Assembly (NCBI RefSeq): GCF_037042905.1
Contig: NC_087249.1
Span: 28,272,001-28,336,000, forward strand
Origin: Lytechinus pictus
Taxonomy: Eukaryota
DNA length: 64,000 bases
Direction: 5' to 3'
Below the pieces are notes generated by a model. That model searched no databases, was not told where the DNA came from, and saw only the letters and a list, made by a program, of their open reading frames with translations. Shown piece by piece: positions 1 to 11,856 of this stretch. The position numbers were made by a program, and so were the translations under genes. The first letter of the stretch is position 1. The number at the start of each line of letters is the position of its first letter.

Positions 1-327
1 TAGTCGTATATGACTGAGAATGAGGATGCAAATGGCGAAAGTTAGTATATTTTATTTAGGTGTTTTTCGTGAAGGTGGGGGAGCAATTAAAAGATATTTA
101 AAACGTATTAAAAGAAAGTGAAATCTTTTTGTTATCTATATCCCAACCAATTTCAAAATATTGTATCTTATTCGAAATAGATCACAAAGACTACTAAATA
201 TAATAATCAGTATTCAGAAATGGTTGAAGGGGTACATGGGTGTCGATCGGTGTTCATGGTTAGGAGGGGAATGACTGACACAAATATTGTTCTCTGTGAG
301 GGATTTTTTCTCAAGGGGGGGGGGGGT

Positions 328-935
328 CAGTGGCATTACGGGTCTAATATTTTAGGGGGCCAGACATGGCATAAAACGCAAAATGTATAATTTAAAAAAT
401 TCTGCGAGCGAGTAAAAAAATTGATCATTTAAATACAAAATCTAATTTTGTGATAGATTTTGACATGATATTTCAAATATATATCTTTATTGGAAGAGCC
501 GTGGTGTAGTGGTTCTGACTCTCGCCTTGTAAACAGAGGGTCGTGTGTTCGAATCCCACCGCGGTCTAGCGTCCTTTGGCAAGGCGTTAATCCACACTTT
601 GCCACTCTCGACCCAGGTGCTAAATGGGTACCCGGTAGGATGCGAAAGATATTGTATGTTTGAATTTGCCAGCGCCATAATGAGGCTGCGATGAATGCAA
701 GGAATGCTCTCCAGGGAGTGGAAATTGTGCACTTTTCGTGCGGGATTTAAATGAATCCAATGACCGGGGTAATAATAAGCTGTAACGCGCTTTGAGCCAT
801 TCTGGGAAAAGCGCTATATAAAAATTGGCTATTATTATTTATTTCACCCTTTTTCCTTTCATTTCTGTCTTTTCTTGGTCGTGAAACTTTCTGGGGGGTC
901 CATGGCCTCCGAACCCCAGCCCCAGGTCTGTATGG
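328..935. mobile_element. CAGTGG-type non-autonomous DNA element interrupted by the SINE at 492-843
   Basis: Flanks on both sides of the SINE match the uninterrupted relative at 33937-34171 (TGCGAGCGAG, AATTTTGTGA.AGATTTTG, TATTTCACCCTT). Confidence 0.6.
492..843 (+). mobile_element. tRNA-derived SINE, full length, nested in a MITE
   Basis: A box TGGTGTAGTGG, B box GTTCGAATCC, central CTCGACCCAGGTG..AATGGGTACCCGG core shared with the SINE at 18152, and a tail GCGCTATATAAA...(TAT)n. Confidence 0.88.
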
Positions 936-1990
936 GGGAGGGGTAGTTGTAATAAGACCGAAGTTTGAAGTATAACATATAACTTTATTTCTACAAGACT
1001 AGGTACTTATAAGGGCTTATCAATAAGGGCTTATCAATAATGCGAGCGCGAAGCACGAGCTCAAATTTTTGAAAAAATTGACCTGAAAATTGACCATTTT
1101 GAGGACTCATATCGGTTTTCATGATTATATCTCTTGTATACACTCTTTCAATTCTCATTTCATTTGTATTTTCTTCTCTTATTTAACTTAAATGAGGAAA
1201 TGAGAGTCATAACTATGATAATGATAATAATGACTATAGTAATAATGATAATAGCAATTATTAGAGTGGAAAGGCCCGAACCAAGGCAAAAACACGCTCA
1301 TCCCGTGCTGGTCTACAGTTCCCAGTGGGACGTATTCACCCGTTTCTTCGCAATGGAAAGTTCTAGTTCTAATATAACTTATCATATGATTCATCATGTA
1401 GAAATATCATAATGTTCGACCTCAATTTATTGGGGGGTTGATTACACAGGCCATCCCCTTACCTGAAATATTGGGGGGATATATCCCCCATCCCCTCCCC
1501 CCCCCCCCGGGATCGACATCCATGAAGGGGTATACCCAGTGGCGTATCTATGCAAAATTGGCACCCAGGGCAAGTTCTAGGATTGCGCCTCTTCATTCAT
1601 TTCATGTTGGAGGAAAGAAATGGCCCTGGGAAGCGGGGAAGCACCCCAGGATTTTTCTGGGGTACGCAGCATCGCCTGTCGAAATTTGACCCAAAACACT
1701 TTTGTTTTTATATTATATTTTGCTCAAAATACCCTTCATTTGGGAGTGAAAATCCTTTTTAATGGGGGGGGGGGGGATGTGCTTTTCAAACTTTGAATTA
1801 ACCAGCACCCCCAATTTAAATTTCTTTCCCAGGCCCTTGAGGCACGGCATGGAATCGAACCCGTTCCAACTTTTGACGCCTATGGATTCTGAGTAGTTCA
1901 TCATATTAGTATTTCTTTTTTTTTCTCTCTTTTCCCTCCCCATTTTTCTTTTAATTTGTACGTTTGATGCAAATTTAAACACTTTATCAG

Positions 1991-2123
1991 GTTTATTAAG
2001 ATGTCTAGTCCAAATCTGAACAACCTCACTATCTGTGGAATTTCTTTAGGATATACATGTGTGATCTTACTTGGCATAGACCCTGGAATGTTAACACCTC
2101 CACATCAGTACATCATATGCGGG
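1991..2123 (+). CDS. GABA-B-like GPCR exon (ICL1/TM2)
   Basis: cag|G TTT ATT AAG...; FIKMSSPNLNNLTICGISLGYTCVILLGIDPGMLTPPHQYIICG|gtaaga. Confidence 0.9.
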
Positions 2124-5100
2124 GTAAGATATTAATTTTTCATCCTATAATGATCTACTGTAGTGTTTACACTTTAAAGGCCACCGCACACCTTACGACT
2201 GGTCTGCGACCCGATTTCAGAATAAAATGTAATAGAATTTGATGCTAATATTGAGACTTGGAATATCTTACTGCATAATGTTCTAAATCATCGTACGAAT
2301 ACCTATGATCAAATTCGTGACTATGCTATCATCCTTCTTAGAATAAAAGCGAATTTAATATCTAGTCGTAATGACGTCATAGCAGTCGTACGATTGGCTA
2401 CGATTTGAAACTAATTTGGACTTTACACCAAAATAAGGACTTGCAATCTTTCAAAATTGTTATAATATTATTATTTCAATTCATTTTAACCTCAAATAAA
2501 ATGATATGTTCCATTCACATCTTCAGAAAATGAGCAAAATGCGATTTGTTCCAAAATCGGGTCGCAGACCAGTCGTAAGGTGTGCGGTCGCCTTAACGCA
2601 CACATTTTGTTATTAACTGGTAGTTCATAGAGTTGAGTAAAATTGAGAAAATTAAAATCTGACTTACAAATATTTATTAGTTAATGTAATTTCCAAGTAG
2701 GTAGTAATAAAAGTGCAAAATACTTGAATAGCTTGGGGATCAGCAACCATCAGCTCCCATGAAGTTCGAATATGAAATAAATTGACATTCTAAAATTAAA
2801 TTAGCTTCATATTTTTCTTTCTCTCAGGCGCGTGTGTGGTTTATCTCGTTTGCTTTCACTATAGCATTCGGGGGAATGTTTACCAAAACGTGGAGGGTCT
2901 ATCATATCATCATCAACAAACGAACCACCAGGAAGGTATAAACACTGCCATAATGTTCATATTAGAAAAGATTAGAGTATACATCTAGCATAAGTTCTCC
3001 AAAGATATCTAAGATGGATATTGCTGCGTCTAGGTCTCCTGAAACCGATTTGGGACGGTAAATTGCCACTTTGCCCGCTTTGTCCACTTCCTGTTTGGCC
3101 TCATCCCACATGGTGTAATCATAATCCGTCTTCAACTACTTCTTTAATTAATTATTTGGTCGAATTGCCATTTAGCCCACTCACCATTTGTCTAAAATTC
3201 ATTTATATTTTATCCATGTCATCTAGTAGCTACTTAAAACCACTAAGTCCGTAGATATGATTAGACGGTCAGTTTATGAACCATATATCATAATCATACT
3301 AAAATCATAAAAAGAAGCGAAAGTTGAATTATCTAGGCAATATATAAAGAATAATTAGGCTAAGTGTATTGTTATGATCAAGCGGTCATAATACCAAATT
3401 ATAAATGGACCAAACGGGCTTTCATCCATGTAGCATTAGACTTTCTGAGAAGTAGGCTGACTGCTTTGAGACCATGCAAGTGAAATAGAAACCATTTGAA
3501 TTCATCATACAGCCTATCCGAAAAATCTATTATTGCAAGTCTTGCGATTTTATTTTACTTTGCGTTTAAAAATACATTATAGTGTAATAAAATATTGCAC
3601 AAGAATCATACGTATAAAAAGTATATAGCCTACAATGTACTGGTCAGAATAAAATTCTAGATAGAAAGCGTTCTATAAAAGCCTCTTATCGATATCATTA
3701 GTACTTACTTTAGAGTGTAAATAAATGTCTTTATTTCTATATATTACCACTTAACATATATATACAGTGCGTCCCACAAAAAAACGAAACCGAGATTTAT
3801 CGATGATTTATCATAATTTAATCACAAATACAATAGACAAATGACCTAGCTACCGTTGTAAAGCTTAAAATCTCCTCTTTCATCTGAAATTCCTTAGACT
3901 ATTTCTCATTCACGCATGAGTGAGCAAAAACAATTTGAATAGGGGATACCAAACAGTCATTTGGCGGGCTGTATCTGGGTTTCAAAAGGAAACCACATTT
4001 TTAAAAAGTTCAATATCTGCTCTTTAATTTGATACCTCAATTACAGAAAATGGTCAAGAAATAACAAAGTTCTGGTTATTTGAAATAAGGCTTGAATTTC
4101 AACAATTTCATAAAATTAAGAGGTTCTGCAGGCTAGAGTTCAAACTCACTTGACGCTCCGTTTTGTTGACGAGCCATGCATTAAGTCTTTTGTTAACCAT
4201 GCGATAGCTTCTGTGGGTAACCGGTGAAAACACGTTTATTTAATGAAATTATGGAAATACAAGCATTGTTTCGAGGGAACATAACTTTTTTACTTCTTGA
4301 CCATTTTTTGTGATTAAGGTATAAAAAAAAAGAGCAGATATTGAAATTTTTAGGCATGTGATTTTCTTTTTGAAATTCAGATACCCCCCGCCAAATGAGT
4401 TTTTGGTATCCTTTCTTCAAATTGTTTATGCTCACTCATGCGTGAATGGGGAATAATCTAAATAATATCGGATGAAAGAGGAGATTCAAAGCTTTACACT
4501 GGTAGGTCATTTGTCTATTGTATTTGTGAATAAGTTATGATAAATCGTCGCTTAATCTCGGTTTAGTTTATTCTGGGACGCACTGTATATATGAATATAA
4601 TTCAACAATTCCTTACAAGTTACTTGTTTTAATTATTTAACTAACAAAGCCGAAGCTTGTTGGTATTTGATGTATTTCATGATGATCTGTCTTTCGTTTG
4701 TTTGAGGTGATAAAGGATCGACATCTGGTTGGCATCATTTTGGTGCTTTTAATCATTGACCTCATCATTCTGGGCATCAAGGAGATCGTTGATCCTTATC
4801 ACGTTATTGATGAGCTGATCGAGAAACCACGGGTAGGTCCCGCCAACCACCCCGTCCCCCCCCAAAAAAAAAAAAAAAAAAACTACGAAAAGGCTAAATT
4901 CAATAGGCACACACACACTTTTTAAATACTTTTTTTAAGTGCACACCCAGTTACTCATAGAGCGTAAAGCATTTCCATTTATTTGAATGCAGGATAAAAG
5001 AGCATAGGTGCCGTGGCCGGTGATCGAACCCCGGACTTTCATGTATAGCCAGACGCCTTAGACCACTCAACCACGGCACCTCCACACATTTTAAAAAAGT

Positions 5101-6612
5101 GCAAACCTAGTTACCAAGAATGCTTAAAGCTTTTTCATTTATGTGAATGCAGGATAAAATAGCTTGGCCGATTTTATGCCTTGCTCACGGGCATAGGTAC
5201 CGCGGCCGGGGATCGAACCCCGGACTTTCAATGTATAGTCAGGCGCCTTAGACCAGTCGGCCACGGCACGCTCACATACGCACACACACACACACACCCA
5301 CCCTCACACCAGAGTGTCCAAGTTACAGTTTACAAACTCACCATGTCCATTAAATTTTGCCATAGGGTATACAGGTGAACTCTTTTAGTTGCACACAGAG
5401 ACATAATATTAACTTTCATGTCAAGCAATATTATTCCTGAGTGATATATAAAAAAGAGTGTATTGCTGTAATATAAATTCGGCTTCAGTATATAGCCGCT
5501 TCCATGGCCTGTTTCAGTAACTACGTGTTTTTTTTTTTGGTGTTTGTTTGTTTTAGACCCAGAAAGACCGTGAAAATTTCGTACTGTACATCCATGTTTA
5601 CCGACGATGTTCTGCCAAGTTCAATACAATATGGACCATCATCTTGGTTGTATACAAGAGTTTCATCATGGTGTTTGGGGCATTCTTGTCTTTCCAGACA
5701 AGGTACGTATTGCCATGCAGTGTATGATTTCATGAAGTTTGTGAAGGGTCGAATCTCGGAGCGACTCCAAGGTATTTCGATATAGCAGAGGCAGAATATG
5801 ACATTATTCATCAAAAGATAATAAAATGCATGGAAAGGGCTTTCATACTCTTTATTTTGTTATCAGACAATTCGCCCTTTTTACTGCCCCCTTCTGATTT
5901 TCGTTTAAAATGATCGCTTGGAAAAACGTAGGAAGTGTGATAGGCATGGTAGGTAGATCGTCCCATGTGGCCATCTGATCTGCTATGTATTGTGTATTCC
6001 ATCAGTGGGTAATTGTGATATCAGAACAATCTAATTACACATTTAAAACGTAGCTCACGGGTGAAGGTATCCAAATATAATGAAGTATCTCTCATGCAAA
6101 AATCTGAAAGTGAAATCAGTAAAGAAGTATGGGGGATCTTTTTCATATCGACACCCATATAAATGCAGTCTTCTTTTTGGTTCTTTTCTAATTTCCTTAT
6201 TTGTTTTATATGTTTGAATAGGACAATTAGCATTTCTGGACTGAATGACAGTTACTATGTTGGACTATCTATATACAATGCTTGCCTGTGTTGCGCTGTG
6301 GCTGTTCCCTTATCACTTTTCAAGATAAACTCTCTCAACGTGACCTACGCCGTTACATCTGGGTTCATCATCTTTTGTGCGACAACTATTCTCTGTACAC
6401 TTTTCCTTCCCAAGGTAAATAGATAATGGGATACTTATCTAAAGGGACTGTCACTTCTAGACGATTTAGCCATTGTAGCCTAGTAGTAGTAGTAGAAGTA
6501 GTAGTAGTAGTAGTAGTATAGTAACAGTGGTAGTAGAAGTAGTAGTAGTTGTTGTTGTAGCAGCAGCAGCGTCAGAAACAGAACAGCAGTTGTAGTAGTA
6601 GTATTAGTAGTA

Positions 6613-6682
<70 letters not shown>

Positions 6683-6782
6683 AAGAAGTAGTAGTGGTGG
6701 TAGTAGAAGTAGCCTAGTAGTAGAAGTAGTAGTAGTAGTAGTAGTAGAAGTAGCATAATAGTAGAAGTAGTAGTAGTATAGC

Positions 6783-6818
<36 letters not shown>

Positions 6819-7887
6819 TGTTGTTGTTGTAGCAGCAGCATCAGAAACAGAAGCAGCAGTTGCAGTAGTAGTAGTAGTAGTAGTAGTAGGCCTAATTCTG
6901 GAAGATCTTCAGATTAAGAAATGAAATGACGGGCAGTATACCTTCCGATAGATCAACGTATGCCGTTTACCTTAATAACAAGAGAGGTCATCGAAGTGTA
7001 CGTCTTTTCACCCACGCTCCGCGGGATGTACCGCACAGTGCCAACCAGGTGACGCGATAAGAAGAGAAAAAGGCGGATTAAATGACGAGAAGACGCGTTG
7101 TTGGAACTTGGTAAGACGAATCGTTGGGAGATCATGGAGAAAAGGACAAGATGACGACGTGTTGAAACTTGGCAATGCGGCACATTTTGGACACGACGAC
7201 AATATGACGAGTTGTTGTAACTCAGCAAGTCGACTTGTTTGGGAATTAGAGAATAGTAAGATGACGAGTTGTTGGATTTTGGTACTCGTCATCTTATATT
7301 CATTCTTGTGCTAAACAAGTTGACTTACCAACTTTCAAAGCTTGTCATTTTGCCTTGTGGCAAACAAGTCGACTCGCAAAGTTTCAAAGTCTCATCATCT
7401 TGTTCTCTTCCGAAATTAATCGACATTTCGACTTCCGCCAACTCGTCATCTTGTCTTCTTGTCCTAAACAAGTCGATTTGAAGAGTTTCAATAACTCGTA
7501 ATTTGTCTTCTTGTCGCATGTCGCAAACAAGTTGACTTGCCGGCCAAGTTTCAACAACTGGTCTTCTCGTCATTAAAATCGCCTTCTCGTGTTTTTATCT
7601 CGTTGTTTGGTTGTCACTATTATAATCTTCCGTGTATGTGCTCTCGCACAATGTTCGCGTGGGAATCGTATCTGGAGCAGATGTTCTGATTGTGACATTT
7701 ACCTTTTCCTTTCTCCCTTTAGATATCCGCCATCTATCGGCAGCATCATGAAGTAGGTAACATCCAACGATTCGGTCTGAACACAACTCACTCTATGCCA
7801 GGAACATCAGGTGTGACAACTGTTAAAATGATGGGACGAGAACCAACTCAACTAGGTGAACATAATGCCATCAATAAGAAAGCTTGA
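1991..7887 (+). CDS. Class C GPCR, GABA-B-receptor-like (7tm_3 domain), 5'-partial; 6 exons
   Basis: Exons 1991-2123, 2828-2935, 4707-4832, 5557-5702, 6222-6414 and 7723-7887 have GT-AG introns with consistent phases. The peptide carries GABA-B family motifs IKMSSPNLNN, AFGGMFTKTWRVY, KVIKD, FGAFLSFQTR, LNDSYYVGLSIYN and TLFLPK. Stop TGA at 7885-7887. Confidence 0.92.
2178..2593. mobile_element. PIF/Harbinger-type MITE
   Basis: About 40-bp TIRs AGGCCACCGCACACCTTACGACTGGTCTGCGACCCGATTT / AAATCGGGTCGCAGACCAGTCGTAAGGTGTGCGGTCGCCT; TAA on both sides (TSD). Confidence 0.85.
2828..2935 (+). CDS. GABA-B-like GPCR exon (TM3)
   Basis: ctctcag|ARVWFISFAFTIAFGGMFTKTWRVYHIIINKRTTRK|gtataa. Confidence 0.92.
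3765..4585. mobile_element. Tc1/mariner-type non-autonomous element with long (~350 bp) imperfect TIRs
   Basis: TA|CAGTGCGTCCCA ... TGGGACGCACTG|TA; the arms remain complementary for several hundred bp. Confidence 0.88.
4707..4832 (+). CDS. GABA-B-like GPCR exon (TM4)
   Basis: tttgag|VIKDRHLVGIILVLLIIDLIILGIKEIVDPYHVIDELIEKPR|gtaggt. The acceptor is a rare GAG; an alternative in-frame AAG lies 9 nt downstream. Confidence 0.85.
4935..5272 (-). mobile_element. Two tandem copies of a tRNA-derived SINE fragment
   Basis: Minus strand GGTGCCGTGGTTGAGTGGTCTAAGGCG...GGTTCGATC.CCGGCC.CGG occurs twice, each with a shared body (GAATGCAGGATAAAA, CC.AGTTAC). Confidence 0.75.
5557..5702 (+). CDS. GABA-B-like GPCR exon (ECL2/TM5)
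   Basis: ttttag|TQKDRENFVLYIHVYRRCSAKFNTIWTIILVVYKSFIMVFGAFLSFQT(R)|gtacgt. Confidence 0.9.
6222..6414 (+). CDS. GABA-B-like GPCR exon (TM6-TM7)
   Basis: aatag|TISISGLNDSYYVGLSIYNACLCCAVAVPLSLFKINSLNVTYAVTSGFIIFCATTILCTLFLPK|gtaaat. Confidence 0.92.
6481..6890. repeat. (TAG)n compound microsatellite
   Basis: Long TAG/AAG/TTG/CAG runs with an internally duplicated GTTGTTGTAGCAGCAGC..TCAGAAACAGAA block. Confidence 0.95.
7030..7625. mobile_element. Foldback-type element with modular inverted arms
   Basis: The left arm AATGACGAGAAGAC..GTTGTTG.AACTTGG is inverted at right (CCAAGTTTCAACAACTGGTCTTCTCGTCATT). Internal ~60-bp subrepeats GATGACGAGTTG and AAGTCGACT occur in both orientations. Confidence 0.7.
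7723..7887 (+). CDS. GABA-B-like GPCR terminal exon (short C-tail)
   Basis: Strong polypyrimidine tract, then tttag|ISAIYRQHHEVGNIQRFGLNTTHSMPGTSGVTTVKMMGREPTQLGEHNAINKKA*. Confidence 0.75.
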   Translation: MSAIYRQHHEVGNIQRFGLNTTHSMPGTSGVTTVKMMGREPTQLGEHNAINKKA

Positions 7888-10800
7888 ATTATATACATTT
7901 CAATGTATTATGAACGGATCAGGGGGAGCCTATGTAGTGTGCCCCATTTTGGCCGAAATTGTGCACCCTAGCCCTTTTTATTTTTTGGACAAATCTCCCC
8001 CTTTGTAAGATTGTTACAATATTGAATACCGAACAAATAACAAAGACAATTTTCATTAGATTATTTTTGCTTTTTAATTATTTACACAGAATAAAAAAAA
8101 ATATATAATACATCTTACATATCGTGAAGATTCAGTTCTGAGTTATTTCAAATAATATAATTATATGCAAGTTGGCTGGCAAAAGTTCCTTAAATTAAAG
8201 TCCACAATGCTGGCGATGGTGAAATTGATGTTGAAACACAATGAATAATAAGAGTCACTGTAACAAGTTGAAATGTCCGTGAAGACGAATTTGATGATGA
8301 TAAACAGTCAATTTCAGCAATCCACGGGTTGACAAATGTTCTGTAGAACAGGTTGATGATCTCGATGAAAACTGAGAATTCCTCTCTCAAAATAACTGCA
8401 AATAGTTCATTGATGGTGTGCAAAATTCCACAGAAGATAACTGTTGTTGGAAACAAAGTATGCTCTTAAAAAAAAAATGGTGTGAAATTCTAAGTTCTGA
8501 TCTGATATGATGATGTCCTTGAAGAAACTGCCAGCTTATATATATATAAATTTACACTATTCTGGAAGCTTCTATTATTGTCTTTAAAAAGAACATTCTG
8601 CCAATTTCTAGAGCAGTCCAATTATACGACTCTTGAATGACCTCAGTGAAATTAACAATGTAAAAAAAACATAGCTAATCCTATTGTCCTTTTCACTGCA
8701 GGGTTTCTATTGTCAAGCAGTCTCTATTGACCAATACAAAAATACCAAAATACCAATCATTGCTCTTTCTCATTAAATATGCGTATCTTGCAAAGCTTAC
8801 TAAGACATTCTGGAATATTCTAATTATGCTATGAACTTCCTTAGAGAAAAAAATAGCACAATGAATGAATATACATGTATTTTTCTCTTACAATTCATCT
8901 TATATAATATGATAAGATATAAACTTTATCTTTTGCTTAACAAGAAATCAATTTTCATGGAAAAGCTCCTTTTCTAGATGTTTTCCCCTTTTTCACTCAT
9001 TAATTATTATTTGGGGATGATTTTTTTTTCACACGTTCTTCTTTTCCCTCTTTCCTTCCACTTTCCATTTCTCTCTATATGTTCTTTCTTTCCCTTGTTT
9101 CCTTTCGCTTTTCGTTTCTTTCTCCTTTTCCCATGGGGAGGGGGGGGGCAGACCCCCCTCCCCTGGTCTCTGCCTTTTTACGCCACTGGCCCCAAGCTTT
9201 GAGCCTAGAACGCCGGTGCCTTAACCACTACCCCCCCCAAAAAAAAAAACGACCCCCCCCCCCGGATTAGTGGCTAGGACGAGCAGACTTTCAACCTCAC
9301 CAATAACTTCTTTGACGAGTCTATTCTCATTTCTTTCACAGCACAATGTAAATAAAATTGTAATCATCAAACTTATATTACTATATAGCCTACCTATGTA
9401 TCAAAGTGGATATACAATCGGGAGTCGTTACTCATACTCAATATCTCATGACATATTGTCACCCCTTATATTTGTCAGTCACATTTATATTCATATTTGC
9501 TCGTGTAAGGCGTCACTGGCTAAGATTTTCCAGGGATTAACTGCTTCTTTTGTCTCTATCATAGTATAATATAGTTTTTATTATACTCTGTATATTTTGA
9601 CCTATCTCTTAGAATTGTTTTCACATGATTTCAACTATATTTAATGCCTGTATATAGGCTTATATGTATTTGGAAATTTTATCGATATTAAATTGTAAAC
9701 ATTAACTGAACAAAGTATATACTATTTATGAAATAAAACTCACGTAAAGGGGAATATTATTAAAACAAATGAAAGCCCGTTTTTATAGGTGGTCGTGTAG
9801 ATCGTATAACTGCACTGTTGCCGCTTCTCGTAACTATGTCATTACGATATTCCTTTGTTATCGGAGTTGCACGTATATACAGCCAAAATGCTAAATTTCG
9901 TAGTCATGCACATTACATTGAAAAATGTAATCTAAGATTTGGAATAGTAAGCACTTTGTATAGTTAAGGTTGAAAAACATTCTTTATTGTTTTTTGGGTT
10001 AAATCATTAGTGAGCAAGTATATAAATTCTTGTAGATTATAATTGGCGATGTCACATAATGTGACTTTTAAGTATTCACAGGGCTTTAGGCCAACACAAT
10101 TCTGGTTTCTTTTTCTGCACTGGATTTTGCATGGTTACTGTCACTTCTAGACACGATTTCATCGCCATTTATGACCAATTAACGATAAATGTTTAAAAAC
10201 TCTTCATTAGGAGAGGAAATTAATATTCTAAATGTTGATGATTGTATTTACTAATATTAACAAATTGGTGGTGGAACGAAAAGCGAAGCCAAGATATGTA
10301 TATGGTTTATGAGAAATTTGGAATTATAATGTACAATTCCATCATACAGCTACTCATGCCAAAAGAATGTTGATATTAGTGTGTTGATATTTAGCTTCAA
10401 TTAAAGTGATCATAGACCACGTATTATTAGATTTGTGTATTTTACATGAAAAAAAAAAAAAAAAAAAACGAGAGACAGAAACGACGTGTGAAGGGGGGGG
10501 GCTAGTAATAATACAAAGAGAGAGAGGGTGAGAGCGCGGGAGATTGAGGGGGGATTGAGAGATAGGGACGGGGGTAGAGGGAGGTAGAGGGGAGAAGAAG
10601 GAAGGAAAGAAATCGTAGCGATTGAGCTTGTCATGGGAGCGCTTTTGTATTTATCAAGTAAAATTAAAGGATCTCGTGCACGCTTTTGGTAAATTTTGTT
10701 TAAAAAAAATTAAAGTTTTAAATTTTCGGGGGGGGGGGGGGTTAAATTCATTAACGAGCTCCCCCCCCCCCCCCAGTGCGTACGGCCATAGGTATTTAGA

Positions 10801-11360
10801 CATGTTAAACGCGGAAACTGCAAAGAAGAGAAGCAAGGAGATGAAGAAGTGAGTAAAAATCTTGATGGATGATAGTTAAAATGCAAAATTTGACAAGAAA
10901 TGGAAAAAAAAAAGGAGAGTAGGATATAACAGTAGACGGGAAGTAAAAGAATCGAAAAGAAGGAACATCAAAGCAATCCTGATAATAAATCCTGTTGTTA
11001 TGAACCTGGTTATCTTGTTTGTTTGCTCTAACTATCATTCAGAGCAATCACCTACGATTTTTATCAAAAAAACGATGATTTTTATATTTCTTTTTATTTT
11101 ATATGTCCGCTGATCGTGAAAGAGAAATCACCATGGTTACCGCCATTCATCTTGAGTAGATATTAAAGTATCGAGCCTCTTATGTTCCGCGACTTTTCTA
11201 TACGTCAACATTCTTCAATCTCCAGCGGGCATTTTCCACTTTGAATCACTCACCGAGATCATTTTAAAGACACCGAGGAGAAAATGAGCGCGCCCGGCCA
11301 TCGCATAAATTTGACATGAGGTCCCATTCGCAAACCCTTTCCCTTATTCCACCTGCTCTG

Positions 11361-11663
11361 TGCACCCATCATGTGAGTGTGTACTCGTGTATCGCATCGC
11401 TAAAAGCTTCCGAAATTCGGAGAGGACGAATAAAGCACAGTTATAGTATTTTATGTGTAGATTTTTGTGTGCACGCTTTCTCTTGAAACAGGCAATGACT
11501 TTTTGCACGAGGCTGTCGACTCCGGCCGCGGCTGCCAGTCGAATGGATGGCCGGTTACCTATTTATTTGGCGCATTAACTGCAAGAGCGCCACGGATATA
11601 CCTAATGCACGCATAATGTATACTGGAACGGCGGTGTTTACACTTGGTAACATTTATGCACAC
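11361..11663 (+). promoter_or_regulatory. CpG-rich proximal region of the ARRDC gene with clustered MRE cores (TGCRCNC)
   Basis: TGCACCC 11361, TGCACGC 11470 (with an overlapping reverse-strand TGCACAC at 11467-11473), TGCACGC 11606 and TGCACAC 11657; locally elevated CpG/GC. Confidence 0.4.
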
Positions 11664-11714
11664 ACGCAAACCCACGGGTGATTTTGATATTTGCGCTTTC
11701 TTCTTCGAACGAAA

Positions 11715-11856
11715 ATGGCGCTTCCCACCCCATACTCTTTAAGAGTGGACATCTTGGACATCGTTTTCGCGGACGATGACGAGGAGGATTTCAGACCGGG
11801 TGATGTCATGCAAGGATTCGTCCGGGTTGTGTTGCAGCATAAGAAAAGCTTTTCGG
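11715..11856 (+). CDS. ARRDC exon 1
   Basis: aaaATGG Kozak context; MALPTPYSLRVDILDIVFADDDEEDFRPGDVMQGFVRVVLQHKKSFS|gtaagt. Confidence 0.88.

Noticed and set aside
492-570. tRNA genes at SINE heads (also 5005-5080, 18152-18225, 52189-52245, 16303-16377)
   Set aside because: They have A/B boxes but imperfect stems or anticodon loops and are embedded in SINE or element bodies; treated as tRNA-derived, not functional tRNAs.
6572-6841. Poly-Leu ORF (also 19854-20132, 25540-26022, 55861-56658)
   Set aside because: Translations of microsatellites or low-complexity DNA
8190-8456. Minus-strand 88-aa ORF with VNPWI resembling class A GPCR TM7
   Set aside because: It lacks the Tyr and other TM motifs and has no supporting exons; probably chance or heavily decayed.
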